DNA of 64,000 bases, taken from the NCBI RefSeq assembly GCF_009914755.1, contig NC_060932.1; one strand, given 5' to 3'. The notes under the pieces were generated by a model. It searched no databases, had not been told where the DNA came from, and saw only the letters and a list, made by a program, of their open reading frames with translations. Shown piece by piece: positions 63,871 to 64,000 of this stretch. This DNA comes from the human T2T-CHM13v2.0 reference genome, Homo sapiens. Positions within the stretch are counted from its first letter, which is position 1. The number at the start of each line of letters is the position of its first letter. Made by a program: the position numbers and the translations under genes.

Positions 63871-64000
63871 GAACCTGTGGCGTCTACAAGCCCACCAGTA
63901 AAGAGCCCTTTCCTGAGGACAAAATACACGTGAATGAACAGGGGACAGGGGATGTTACAGCGGCCGCACCCAGCGTCGTGGGAAGCCCCAGGCATTAGGG

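Overview
GC-rich, Alu-dense human (primate) genomic DNA, recognisable as the LY6E-LY6S part of the Ly6/uPAR cluster (8q24.3, from recall). It holds intact LY6E (+, 131 aa, CpG-island promoter), intact LY6S (-, 134 aa) and the overlapping antisense C8orf31/LY6S-AS1 (+, spliced 132-codon ORF). It also holds a third, disabled Ly6 paralogue (-, 18.8-19.75 kb), with a partial copy pasted inside an AluJ. Comparing the two copies lets the intact ancestral last exon be reconstructed. Consensus ISRE, IRF, NF-kB and AP-1 sites flank this dead gene. Other content: AK3 and RPS26 processed pseudogenes, an old L1, degenerate class-I ERV proviruses, many solo LTRs, two VNTRs and a long GA tract. One LTR5 insertion is a fold-back with two U3 ends inside a single 6-bp TSD. 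No rRNA, tRNA or CRISPR. Repeat subfamily and gene names come from memory, not from a search.
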